Shown piece by piece: positions 16,489-24,000 of a DNA stretch of 24,000 bases. Position 1 is the stretch's first letter. Each line of letters opens with the position of its first letter. The stretch is from Rhodospirillaceae bacterium SYSU D60007 (lineage in GTDB: Bacteria > Pseudomonadota > Alphaproteobacteria > Reyranellales > Reyranellaceae): positions 136,127 to 160,126 of the forward strand of contig QOCQ01000005.1 of assembly GCA_003574685.1 (NCBI GenBank), read 5' to 3'. The position numbers and the translations under genes were made by a program. The notes beneath the pieces were generated by a model. That model was not told the origin of the DNA, made no database searches, and saw only the letters and a program-made list of their open reading frames with translations.

Positions 16489-18735
16489 CTAGCTGGACAG
16501 CAGCATGATGGAGCGCGGGGATGCCGCTCCGACGGCCGAGACGATCGGCCCGAATGACAGCCTGTCGCCGGTTCGCGCGCTCACGCCCATGATGAGCAGG
16601 TTGTGATCGCCGCGACGCGCCTGGCGGAGGATGGCGTCGGCCGGCGAAGCATCGTTGCGCAGCGCGGTGCGGACCGCGACGCCGAACTGCTCACCCAGCG
16701 CCACGATGCCCTTGAGGATCTCGTCCGCCTCGCTGCGAGTCCTCACGCGTGGCCAGCGTCGCGGAGAAAACGTGGCAGCTTCCGGCGCCACATAGAGCGC
16801 TGTCACCGTTGCATCACTCGCGCGGGCGATGGCGAGCGCGACCTCCGCGGCACGGCCGGCATAGGCGGTGCCGTTCACCGGCACCAGAATATTCAGATGG
16901 TATCCTGCCGGGTCCTGCGCGTGCGGCCCGCGCGCCGCCACGATGGCAACCGGCCCCTCGAACGGCGCGGCGATCTCGGCCACTGCTTTGGCGAAGTCTC
17001 CCGTCTTGAGGATGGCGCCGTCCACGCCGACGGTCAGCAGGTCGTAGCCCTTGGCCGCCTCGGCGGCGACCAGCTCCGCCGGCATTGCGCTGCCGCGGCG
17101 CGCCGTCACATCTGCCGGCACGTTCGCGCCATCGGCGTCCGGCGCGGCACCGCTGGCGGCGTCGCGGGCGATCTGTTCGGCGTCGGCGTCACGCTCGCGA
17201 TCGGGCGGGCTCCGCCCGGCCTGCGCACTGGCGAGGTCGATCACTGTCACGGGCGTACCTCGCGGACTGGAAAGCAGACCTGTCAGGCGGGCGGCGAGCT
17301 TTCCGCTCGCGCTGCCGTCTGTGACTGCCAGCAGACGTTCCAGCCGTGGCACGAAGCCACGTGCCTCCTGCGCCTCCCGCTCCAGTCGCGCTGCCTCCTC
17401 GGGTTTGAGCGGCAGGCGCGCCAGCGCCCAGCGCAGCGTGGGCGGCATGGCCATGGTCGTAATCACCGCCATGGCGACGATCAGGCTGAACAGGTCGCGG
17501 TCGAGGACGCCAATCGACAATCCGATCGTGGCGACAATGACCTCGGTAGATCCCCGTGCATTCATTCCGCAGGCCAGCGCCAGCGACTCGCGCAATGACA
17601 GCCCACCGATCGTGCCGCCAACAAGCGCGCCGGCGAACTTGCCGATGCTCGCGATCAGGACCAGCCCCAATCCCAGAGCCACGAGCACCGGGTCCTTCAG
17701 GATCGACAGATCAGCGCCGAGCCCCGCGAGGCCGAAAAAGACGGGCATGAAAAAAGCCGTGATCAGGCCCCGGAGCTGCGCGTCAATGTGACGGGTCAGT
17801 ATGGGCGACTGGCCGACGAGGATGCCGGCCACAAAGGCGCCGAGCACGGTGTGAACGCCGATCGCGTGCGTTATCAACGCCATGACGCCCATGACGATGA
17901 TGATGGCCGTAATGACGGGCAGTTCGCTCACGAAGCTGTCGTTCGACCAACGGATAATGGCGGCGACCGCCCGCCGCCCCAGGGTGAAGCTGACGGCCAG
18001 AAAGGCCAGCGTGCCAAGAACGCTTTGTGCAAGAGCGGCAGGCTCAACAGCGCCATGCAAGGCAAGCCCGAAGATCATCGCCATGATGATCCAGCCGATC
18101 GTGTCGTCGATGACGGCAGCGGCGAGGATCACCTGGCCCACGTCGCGCCGCATGAAGTTCATCTCCCGCACGATGACGGCCACGATCTTGACCGAGGAGA
18201 TCGAGAGCGCCACGCCGAGAAACAGCGACGTCAGCAGCCGGCGATCCGGATCGGGCAGCAGTGATTCAGGAAGAAGCTGTCCCAGTGCCACACCGCAAAC
18301 AAACGGCACAGTGATGCCGGCCACTGAAACGCTGACGGCGGCGCGGCGCACCTGGTTGATCAGCGACAGGTCCGTTTCCATGCCCGCAACCAGCAGCAGC
18401 AGCAGAATGCCAAGCTGCGACACCGCCGCCAGCATGCTCTGCTGTACCTCGTTGCGTGGAAACACTTGATGCTGCAGCTCGGGCAGCAGAGCGCCAAAAA
18501 CGGAAGGACCCAGGAGAATGCCGGCAATCAACTGGCCCATGACGGCCGGCTGACCAAGGCGCTGGGCGGCTTCGCCCAGGAGGCGACCCGCCAGCAACAG
18601 CAGCACGATCTGGCCGATGAAGACCGCGATGGCCTGATCGCCGCCAGCCTCGGCGGCGAACGCCGGCGAAACAGACAGGATCGTGGCGAGAGCGGCGGAT
18701 GCGGCGATGAAACCGGCCGCGCACTTCCCGATCAC
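16489..18735 (-). CDS. CPA2-family cation:proton antiporter fused to two C-terminal universal-stress-protein (USP) domains
   Basis: 748 aa from GTG 18735, which forms a GTGA overlap with the upstream stop. It has a signal-like N-terminus (IGKCAAGFIAASAALATILSVSPAFA-AE), a Na_H_exchanger core (GQPAVMGQLIAGILLGPSVFG ...) and two USP-like halves (LAVTDGSASG... and ILVPVNGTAYAGRAAEVAL...NLLIMGVSARTG). Confidence 0.85.
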   Translation of the reverse strand: MIGKCAAGFIAASAALATILSVSPAFAAEAGGDQAIAVFIGQIVLLLLAGRLLGEAAQRLGQPAVMGQLIAGILLGPSVFGALLPELQHQVFPRNEVQQSMLAAVSQLGILLLLLVAGMETDLSLINQVRRAAVSVSVAGITVPFVCGVALGQLLPESLLPDPDRRLLTSLFLGVALSISSVKIVAVIVREMNFMRRDVGQVILAAAVIDDTIGWIIMAMIFGLALHGAVEPAALAQSVLGTLAFLAVSFTLGRRAVAAIIRWSNDSFVSELPVITAIIIVMGVMALITHAIGVHTVLGAFVAGILVGQSPILTRHIDAQLRGLITAFFMPVFFGLAGLGADLSILKDPVLVALGLGLVLIASIGKFAGALVGGTIGGLSLRESLALACGMNARGSTEVIVATIGLSIGVLDRDLFSLIVAMAVITTMAMPPTLRWALARLPLKPEEAARLEREAQEARGFVPRLERLLAVTDGSASGKLAARLTGLLSSPRGTPVTVIDLASAQAGRSPPDRERDADAEQIARDAASGAAPDADGANVPADVTARRGSAMPAELVAAEAAKGYDLLTVGVDGAILKTGDFAKAVAEIAAPFEGPVAIVAARGPHAQDPAGYHLNILVPVNGTAYAGRAAEVALAIARASDATVTALYVAPEAATFSPRRWPRVRTRSEADEILKGIVALGEQFGVAVRTALRNDASPADAILRQARRGDHNLLIMGVSARTGDRLSFGPIVSAVGAASPRSIMLLSS

Positions 18736-19226
18736 AATTTTTCCGGCTTGCTGTCCATCCGATAGCGGAAATCGCAGTGGCTGGCGCCCTGCATGATGGT
18801 TTGCGTGCGCTCCATGGCGATGCGCGGATCGTAGCCCTCGATAAAGGTGCCGTCGCGGTTGCACGACAGAAGATGGCCGATGTCGCCCAGCCCCATCGCG
18901 CGGTACATCTCCGCGTAGCGGCAGCGCGTCACGTTGAAGTCGAGATGCGTCTCGTCCTGCCGCACCGGCTCGATGCGCAGCGCGTCGCCCTGCGTCCAGA
19001 GCGGCTGGATGGCGGCGAAGCTGGCGATCGACGTTCCGCCCGGCGCCTGGGCCGCGAATTGCCGGCCGGCCTCGACGGCGGCCTTCTTTACGGCACGCTC
19101 GATCACACCTTTGGCTGCCGCTTCACCGAACGCTGCCTTCATCTCCTCGTAGATCGGCTTGATGATCTCGGCTTCGATGCGGCGGCGCTCGAGAATGCCC
19201 ATCGGGGCGGCGGCTGGCTGACTCAT
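18732..19226 (-). CDS. L-2-amino-thiazoline-4-carboxylic acid (ATC) hydrolase-family protein
   Basis: 164 aa with an ATG start. The C-terminal Cys-containing block FNVTRCRYAEMYRAMGLGDIGHLLSCNRDGTFIEGYDP...QGASHCDFRY matches my recall of the ATC_hydrolase family. Confidence 0.7.
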   Translation of the reverse strand: MSQPAAAPMGILERRRIEAEIIKPIYEEMKAAFGEAAAKGVIERAVKKAAVEAGRQFAAQAPGGTSIASFAAIQPLWTQGDALRIEPVRQDETHLDFNVTRCRYAEMYRAMGLGDIGHLLSCNRDGTFIEGYDPRIAMERTQTIMQGASHCDFRYRMDSKPEKL

Positions 19227-19271
19227 GGCTGGCTCCGTGGCTGCGAGAACGGCATGGTGATAGGCTGACGC

Positions 19272-20123
19272 ATGCCTTTCAAGTCCGGCACACGCGAGCA
19301 GAGGATGCTGACACGCACTATTCCCGCCAGCGGCGAGGCGTTGCCGGTGATCGGCTGCGGCACCTGGCGCGGCTTCGATGTCGGCAGCGATGCCGGCGCC
19401 CGTGCGCGGCTGGCCGAAGTACTGAAGGTGCTTTTCGCCGCCGGCGGCACGGTGATCGACAGCTCGCCGATGTACGGGACGGCCGAGGGCGTGGTCGGCG
19501 CGCTGCTGACGTCAATGGATCCGCACGCAAAAGCCTTCGTCGCCACCAAGGTATGGACGCAGGGCCGTGCTGCCGGTGTGGCGCAGATGGAGCACAGTCT
19601 TGAGCTCTTGCAGCGGCCGCGTCTGGAGCTGATGCAAATCCACAACCTTGTCGACTGGCGCACGCAGCTTGACACGCTGCGCACCTGGCAGGCCGAGGGG
19701 CGCGTGCGCTACATCGGCATCACCCACTACACAGCCGGCGCCCACGCCGATCTGGAGGCGGTGATCCGGGCCGAGCGGCTCGATTTCGTGCAGCTCAACT
19801 ATTCGCTGGAGGACCGGGCGGCCGAACAGCGCTTGCTGCCGCTTGCCGCCGAACGCGGCGTTGCCGTGCTGGTGAACCGGCCGCTGGGCGGCGGCAGCCT
19901 CGCCCGCGCCCTGCGCGGACGGCCCCTGCCCGGCTGGGCCGCCGATATCGGCTGCACGAGCTGGACGCAGGTGCTGCTGAAGTTCGTGATCTCCCATCCT
20001 GCCGTCACCTGCGTCATCCCCGGCACCGGCGATCCCGCACACATGGCCGACAACGTGCGTGCAGGCCTTGCCCCCCTGCCCGACCCCACCCTGCGCACCC
20101 GCATCGCAGCGGAATGGCCGTAG
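19272..20123 (+). CDS. Aldo/keto reductase
   Basis: It has a GEALPVIGCGTW N-terminal motif, DSSPMYG, and a (beta/alpha)8 AKR pattern through to PGTGDPAHMADN. An alternative start at ATG 19305 (MLTRTIPASG...) is equally plausible. Confidence 0.88.
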   Translation: MPFKSGTREQRMLTRTIPASGEALPVIGCGTWRGFDVGSDAGARARLAEVLKVLFAAGGTVIDSSPMYGTAEGVVGALLTSMDPHAKAFVATKVWTQGRAAGVAQMEHSLELLQRPRLELMQIHNLVDWRTQLDTLRTWQAEGRVRYIGITHYTAGAHADLEAVIRAERLDFVQLNYSLEDRAAEQRLLPLAAERGVAVLVNRPLGGGSLARALRGRPLPGWAADIGCTSWTQVLLKFVISHPAVTCVIPGTGDPAHMADNVRAGLAPLPDPTLRTRIAAEWP

Positions 20124-20159
20124 CTTGCCTTCCCCGCGCGGAGCCGTTACCGCAAAAGC

Positions 20160-20244
20160 CTTCATGGTGAGCTTGTCGAACCATGAAGGCGCCGCAGGAC
20201 CGGCAGTACGGGCCGCTTCATGGTTCGACAGGCTCACCATGAAG
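20160..20244. repeat. Composite REP/MITE-like palindromic element ('MVSLSNHE / SWFDRLTMK' repeat type)
   Basis: Two 29-bp copies lie in inverted orientation: 20160-20188 cttcatggtgagcttgtcgaaccatgaag and 20216-20244 cttcatggttcgacaggctcaccatgaag. They differ by 1 mismatch and are separated by 27 bp. Each copy is itself a 9-bp-stem hairpin. The element sits in a convergent intergenic gap. Confidence 0.8.
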
Positions 20245-20316
20245 CGGTTCTTGACCGTCGCTCGCGTTGAGCGGAGGCACCCGCTAGTCGGGCTCGCCAA
20301 TGACGGTTCGCAGTAC

Positions 20317-21396
20317 TCACGCGCCGCTGAGGCGGACGTCGAAGGTCTTTGTCTCGCCGTTGCGTACCACTTCGACCCTGACAGTGGAGTCGACCGGCGA
20401 CAGCGCCACGCGACTGCGCAGGTCGGAGGCGGAATGCACGGGTCGACCGTCGACCGACACGATGACGTCACCCACGCGCAGGCCCGCCTTCGCTGCACCC
20501 GATCCGGGCTCGACCTGCTGGATGCGCACGCCCAACCGGCCGCTGGCATCGGGCACCGTGTCGCTGACCAGCACGCCCAGGCGCGCGTACTGTACCTTGC
20601 CGGTGCGCACGATCTGGTCCATCACCGCGCGCGCAATGTTGGTGGGCACGGCAAAGCCAATGCCGACATTGCCGCCGCCCGGCGCGATGATCGCCGAGTT
20701 GATCCCGACCAGCCGTCCGTAGAGGTCGATCAGTGCGCCGCCCGAGTTGCCGGGATTGATCGGCGCATCGGTCTGGATGAAGTTCTCTAGCCGCCCGTTT
20801 CCCAGCCCGCTACGGCTGAGCCCGCTGACAATGCCTGCCGTTACCGTCTGGCCGATGCCGAACGGATTGCCGATGGCAACCACGTAGTCACCCACCTTCA
20901 GCGCGTCGGAATTGCCCAGCGGGATTGCCGACAGCCGCTCCGTCGGAATGCGCAGGACGGCGATGTCGCTGGTGCTGTCGGCACCCACGAGCTCGGCGTT
21001 CAGCACGCGCCGGTCCGACAGGGTGACGCGGATCTGCTGCGCATTGGCCACGACATGGGCGTTGGTCAGCACGTAGCCGCGGCTGGCATCGACGATCACG
21101 CCGGAGCCCGCCGCCAGCGCCGCCCGCCCGCGCGGCTCCGGCTGGGACTGCCCGAAGAAGCGGCGGAACAGCGGATCGCGCAGCAGCGGATTCTGCTGCT
21201 GTGGCACGTTCTGCACCACCGCCACACTGACCACGGCGGGCATGACGCGCTCGACCAGCGGTGCGAGTGTCGGCACGCCATCGCGCATCAGCGGCAGCGA
21301 ACCGACATCGCGCTGCGCCAGGGCCGGCGCCGTTACGAGAATCAGCAGCGGCAGGATCAGGCGCCCGCCGCGACGCACCAGGATCGACAGGAACAT
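20317..21396 (-). CDS. S1C (HtrA/DegS-like) periplasmic serine protease with one PDZ domain
   Basis: 359 aa with a signal peptide ending APALA-QR. The catalytic triad contexts are TNAHVV, SDIAVL and GNSGGAL. A single C-terminal PDZ domain is present (GSGAAKAGLRVGDVIVSVDG). Confidence 0.9.
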   Translation of the reverse strand: MFLSILVRRGGRLILPLLILVTAPALAQRDVGSLPLMRDGVPTLAPLVERVMPAVVSVAVVQNVPQQQNPLLRDPLFRRFFGQSQPEPRGRAALAAGSGVIVDASRGYVLTNAHVVANAQQIRVTLSDRRVLNAELVGADSTSDIAVLRIPTERLSAIPLGNSDALKVGDYVVAIGNPFGIGQTVTAGIVSGLSRSGLGNGRLENFIQTDAPINPGNSGGALIDLYGRLVGINSAIIAPGGGNVGIGFAVPTNIARAVMDQIVRTGKVQYARLGVLVSDTVPDASGRLGVRIQQVEPGSGAAKAGLRVGDVIVSVDGRPVHSASDLRSRVALSPVDSTVRVEVVRNGETKTFDVRLSGA

Positions 21397-21488
21397 CGGT
21401 AACCTCGGGAGCCTCGCCGGAGGCCCCTGATGTTGACGCGGAAAATGGCGCTCGCAAGGCAGACGACCTTAATGCCCCGCCGCCCTGG

Positions 21489-22220
21489 CTAGCGCAGCAA
21501 CAGGCGGAGGCCGGCGAGGGCCAGGATCACGGCCAGCATGTAGCGCGTGAGCCGGTTGGTCATCACGTGGCGTGCGATGGTGCCGCCCAGCGCTGCGCCG
21601 AACAGGGCGGCGCCGGCGTAAAGCGCGATGCCAGGCGCGACCGGTTGGCCCGCGAGCGTCACGGCGGCCAGGCCGACCGCCGAGTTGGCGAGAATGTAGG
21701 GTGCCGACAGCGCGGCGACCTGCCGGGGCGTGCCCCAGCCGAGCAGGATGATCAGCGGTGCCAGGAAGGCGCCGCCGCCGATGCCGGTCAGACCGGCAAG
21801 GAAGCCGGTGACCGCGCCCGCCAGCAGCGCTGGCCCGGTGCCGACAGGGCGGACCGCCGCAGTGTCGGCGCCGCGCTTCAGCAGCATGAGGCCGGCGGCC
21901 GCCAGCAGCAGAACGCCGGTCAGCACCAGGTAGAGTCCGCCATCGAGCAGCACCAGCCCGCCGGCGAAGGCGGCCGGCAGCGCCGGCACAAGGAAACGGC
22001 CCAGCAGCGTCCAGTCGATGCGGCCGTCGCGGTGCAGCCATAACGTAGCGTAACCCGCCGCCACCACGTTGAGCAGCAGTGCCGTCGGCCGCATCTGCTC
22101 GGCTGGAAAGCCGGCCAGTGCCATGGCGGCGAGAAACGCCGTGCCGCCCGCCTGCCCGGCGGTAGCGTAGAGCAGCGCCAGCGCGGCGAAGATTACCGCC
22201 AGCGACGCCTGGCCGCTCAT
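21489..22220 (-). CDS. TauE/SafE-family (DUF81) anion/sulfite exporter-type permease
   Basis: 243 aa from ATG 22220; the track start at 22232 is a TTG. It is a polytopic Gly/Ala/Leu-rich membrane protein with the two-fold repeat typical of TauE/SafE. Confidence 0.82.
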   Translation of the reverse strand: MSGQASLAVIFAALALLYATAGQAGGTAFLAAMALAGFPAEQMRPTALLLNVVAAGYATLWLHRDGRIDWTLLGRFLVPALPAAFAGGLVLLDGGLYLVLTGVLLLAAAGLMLLKRGADTAAVRPVGTGPALLAGAVTGFLAGLTGIGGGAFLAPLIILLGWGTPRQVAALSAPYILANSAVGLAAVTLAGQPVAPGIALYAGAALFGAALGGTIARHVMTNRLTRYMLAVILALAGLRLLLR

Positions 22221-22275
22221 CGCGGCACGCAACGCACGCGCCTGCGGGCGCGCAGCCCGGTGGCCGCGCTCCGCC

Positions 22276-23352
22276 TCACGCCTCGACGTCGGCGAGGCGC
22301 GCAGCCTCGTCGTCAGCGATCAGCGCCTCGACGATCTTGTCGAGCGACGAGCCGTCCATGACCTTGTCGAGCTCATAGAGCGTCATGTTGATGCGGTGAT
22401 CGGTGCAGCGCCCCTGGGGGAAGTTGTAGGTGCGTATGCGTTCGCTGCGATCGCCGCTGCCGACCTGGCCACGGCGTGAGGCCGCGCGTTCCGCATCGAG
22501 CCGCTGCCGCTCGGCCTCGTAAAGGCGCGCGCGCAGGATCTTCATCGCCTTGGCCTTGTTCTTGTGCTGGCTCTTCTCGTCCTGCTGGCTGACGACAATA
22601 CCGGTCGGCAGATGCGTGATGCGCACCGCGCTGTCGGTGGTGTTGACCGACTGGCCGCCCGGCCCCGACGAGCGGAAGACATCGATGCGCAGATCCTTGT
22701 CGTCAATCCTGATGTCCACCTCTTCGGCCTCAGGCAGCACGGCTACCGTCGCCGCCGAGGTGTGGATGCGGCCCTGTGCCTCGGTGGCAGGCACGCGCTG
22801 CACGCGGTGCACGCCCGACTCGAACTTCAGCCGCGCGAACACGTCCTTGCCGGTGATCTCGGCCACGGCCTCGCGGTAGCCGCCCAGGCCCGTCTCCGAA
22901 ATCTCCATGATCTCGAACTTCCAGCCGCGCAGGGCCGCATAGCGCTGATACATGCGAAACAGATCCGACGCGAACAGCGCCGCCTCCTCGCCGCCGGTGC
23001 CGGCGCGCACCTCGAGGATGGCGTTGCGGGAATCGGCTTCATCGCGCGGCAGCAGCATGAGCTTGATCTGCCTGTCGAGCGCCGGCACGCGGTCCTTCAG
23101 GGCCGCGAACTCCTCCTCGGCCATGGCCTTCATGTCGCGGTCGGTGGCCGGATCGGCGATCATTGCCGCCAGGTCGCCCGCCTCCTTCTGCGCCTTGCGC
23201 AGTGCGGCCACGGCATCGACCAGCGGCGTGAGATCGGCATATTCCTTCGAAACCTGGCCGAACTTCGCCGCATCCAGCGTGCCGGCCGACAGCATGGCCT
23301 GCAGCTCGGCATGCCGGTGCACGACCTGGTCCAGTTTGGCATCCAGCGACAT
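22276..23352 (-). CDS. prfA: Peptide chain release factor 1
   Basis: 358 aa with the GGQ motif ([20 protein letters not shown]). The RF1-type PxT tripeptide is read as PAT in [16 protein letters not shown]. The whole length looks RF1-like. Confidence 0.95.
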   Translation of the reverse strand: MSLDAKLDQVVHRHAELQAMLSAGTLDAAKFGQVSKEYADLTPLVDAVAALRKAQKEAGDLAAMIADPATDRDMKAMAEEEFAALKDRVPALDRQIKLMLLPRDEADSRNAILEVRAGTGGEEAALFASDLFRMYQRYAALRGWKFEIMEISETGLGGYREAVAEITGKDVFARLKFESGVHRVQRVPATEAQGRIHTSAATVAVLPEAEEVDIRIDDKDLRIDVFRSSGPGGQSVNTTDSAVRITHLPTGIVVSQQDEKSQHKNKAKAMKILRARLYEAERQRLDAERAASRRGQVGSGDRSERIRTYNFPQGRCTDHRINMTLYELDKVMDGSSLDKIVEALIADDEAARLADVEA

Positions 23353-23364
23353 GGCGGCCTGGCG

Positions 23365-24000
23365 TCAGCGCCCCTCCTCGTCGTCCTCGTCAGGACCCAG
23401 GAGCTGCATCAACTCGTCGAGGGCATCTTCGCCGATGGCATCGACCAGATCGTCGATCGGCACCTCCCGCTGCGTGCCGGCATCGAGATCCTTCAGCGCC
23501 ACGACGCCCTTCTCCAGCTCGCTGTCGCCCATGATGATGGCGTGTGACGCATTCAGCCGGTTGGCCCGTTGCAGGCGGCGCTTCATGTTGCCGCGATAAG
23601 CGAGCTCAACCGGTACGTCGCTGCCCCGCAGCTCGCGCGCCAGCGCCAGGGCACGACGCTCGGCAGCCTCGCCCAGGGGGATGATCGCCACCGGCCGCTC
23701 CTGCTCCGGCGGTTGTCTGCCCAGCTTGCGTCCCAGCTCGACGAGCCGCTCGATGCCACCGGCCCATCCGATGCCGGCGGTGGGCGGACCGCCCAGCAGC
23801 TCGATCAGCCCGTCGTAACGCCCGCCGCCGATCACGGTACCCTGCGCGCCAAGCTGTGTGGTGACGAACTCGAAAGCGGTGTGGGTGTAGTAGTCGAGCC
23901 CGCGCACCAGAGTCGGGTCGATCTCATAGGTTATGCCGGAGTCATCGAGGCCGCGGCGCACGGCCTCGAAGAACGCACGCGAGTCGTCGTTGAGGTAGTC
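23365..24000 (-). CDS. hisS: Histidine--tRNA ligase, 3' portion; the 5' end lies outside the window
   Basis: The frame is open to nt 24000 (DYLNDDSRAFFEAVRRGLDDSGITYEIDPTLVRGLDYYTHTAFEF..GGGRYDGL..). Class II motif 3 and the anticodon-binding domain are present. The track 'M' at 23961 is an internal GTG. Confidence 0.9.
   Translation of the reverse strand, partial: DYLNDDSRAFFEAVRRGLDDSGITYEIDPTLVRGLDYYTHTAFEFVTTQLGAQGTVIGGGRYDGLIELLGGPPTAGIGWAGGIERLVELGRKLGRQPPEQERPVAIIPLGEAAERRALALARELRGSDVPVELAYRGNMKRRLQRANRLNASHAIIMGDSELEKGVVALKDLDAGTQREVPIDDLVDAIGEDALDELMQLLGPDEDDEEGR

Noticed and set aside
13794-17598. + strand ORFs of 339, 399 and 331 aa (13794-14813, 15215-16414, 16603-17598)
   Set aside because: They are antisense shadows of the kinase, KaiC-like and antiporter genes. 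All three minus-strand genes have clear catalytic motifs, and the + frames have none.
18736-18864. A 43-codon N-terminal extension of the antiporter ORF, overlapping the ATC-hydrolase-like gene
   Set aside because: The extension (MQPRRHLYRGLRSAHRHGAHANHH...) is His/Arg-rich and lies wholly within the upstream gene. The GTG at 18735 gives a signal-peptide-like start and a GTGA coupling junction.
19512-20790. ORFs crossing the REP-like element (345 aa on the minus strand, 243 aa on the + strand), including the MVSLSNHE / SWFDRLTMK peptides
   Set aside because: Their reading frames run through a nested palindrome and into the antisense of the AKR and protease genes. The recurring peptides are translation artefacts of a repeated DNA element, not a protein family.

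Overview
This is a GC-rich window (judged by eye, not computed) that looks like an alphaproteobacterial chromosome. That reading rests on the DUF4167-prmC-clpB neighbourhood, a PFxFATGY response regulator, a GGAAC-N17-CGTT promoter motif and a 'MVSLSNHE'-type palindromic repeat. Genes are tightly packed. Because of the GC content, almost every real gene has a long stop-free antisense shadow ORF, and I rejected those.

Gene content, left to right:
- A copper/silver-type RND efflux module on the + strand, joined by ATGA overlaps: FixH/YtkA-like 3' fragment, CusB-like adaptor, CusA-like pump, DUF411/CopG-like protein.
- A minus-strand pair: an outer-membrane beta-barrel protein and a PPP-family metallophosphatase, separated by a perfect 13-bp hairpin.
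- clpB, with a sigma32-like promoter and a clean intrinsic terminator.
- A DUF4167 gene, then prmC.
- A 9.7-kb block that separates prmC from its usual partner prfA.
- prfA and the 3' part of hisS.

The block contains a single-domain PFxFATGY ('FAT GUY') response regulator, a pseudo-receiver hybrid histidine kinase, a KaiC-like double-domain ATPase, a CPA2 antiporter fused to tandem USP domains, an ATC-hydrolase-family protein, an aldo/keto reductase, a composite REP-like palindrome, an HtrA/DegS-like protease and a TauE/SafE permease.

The most interesting candidate is the kaiC-like / hybrid kinase / FAT-GUY regulator trio. No kaiA or kaiB is present in the window. The trio is preceded by a well-placed match to the alphaproteobacterial general-stress (EcfG) promoter consensus. 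I propose it as an uncharacterised KaiC-based input or timer module of the general stress response.

I saw no tRNA, rRNA, CRISPR array, transposase or integrase.
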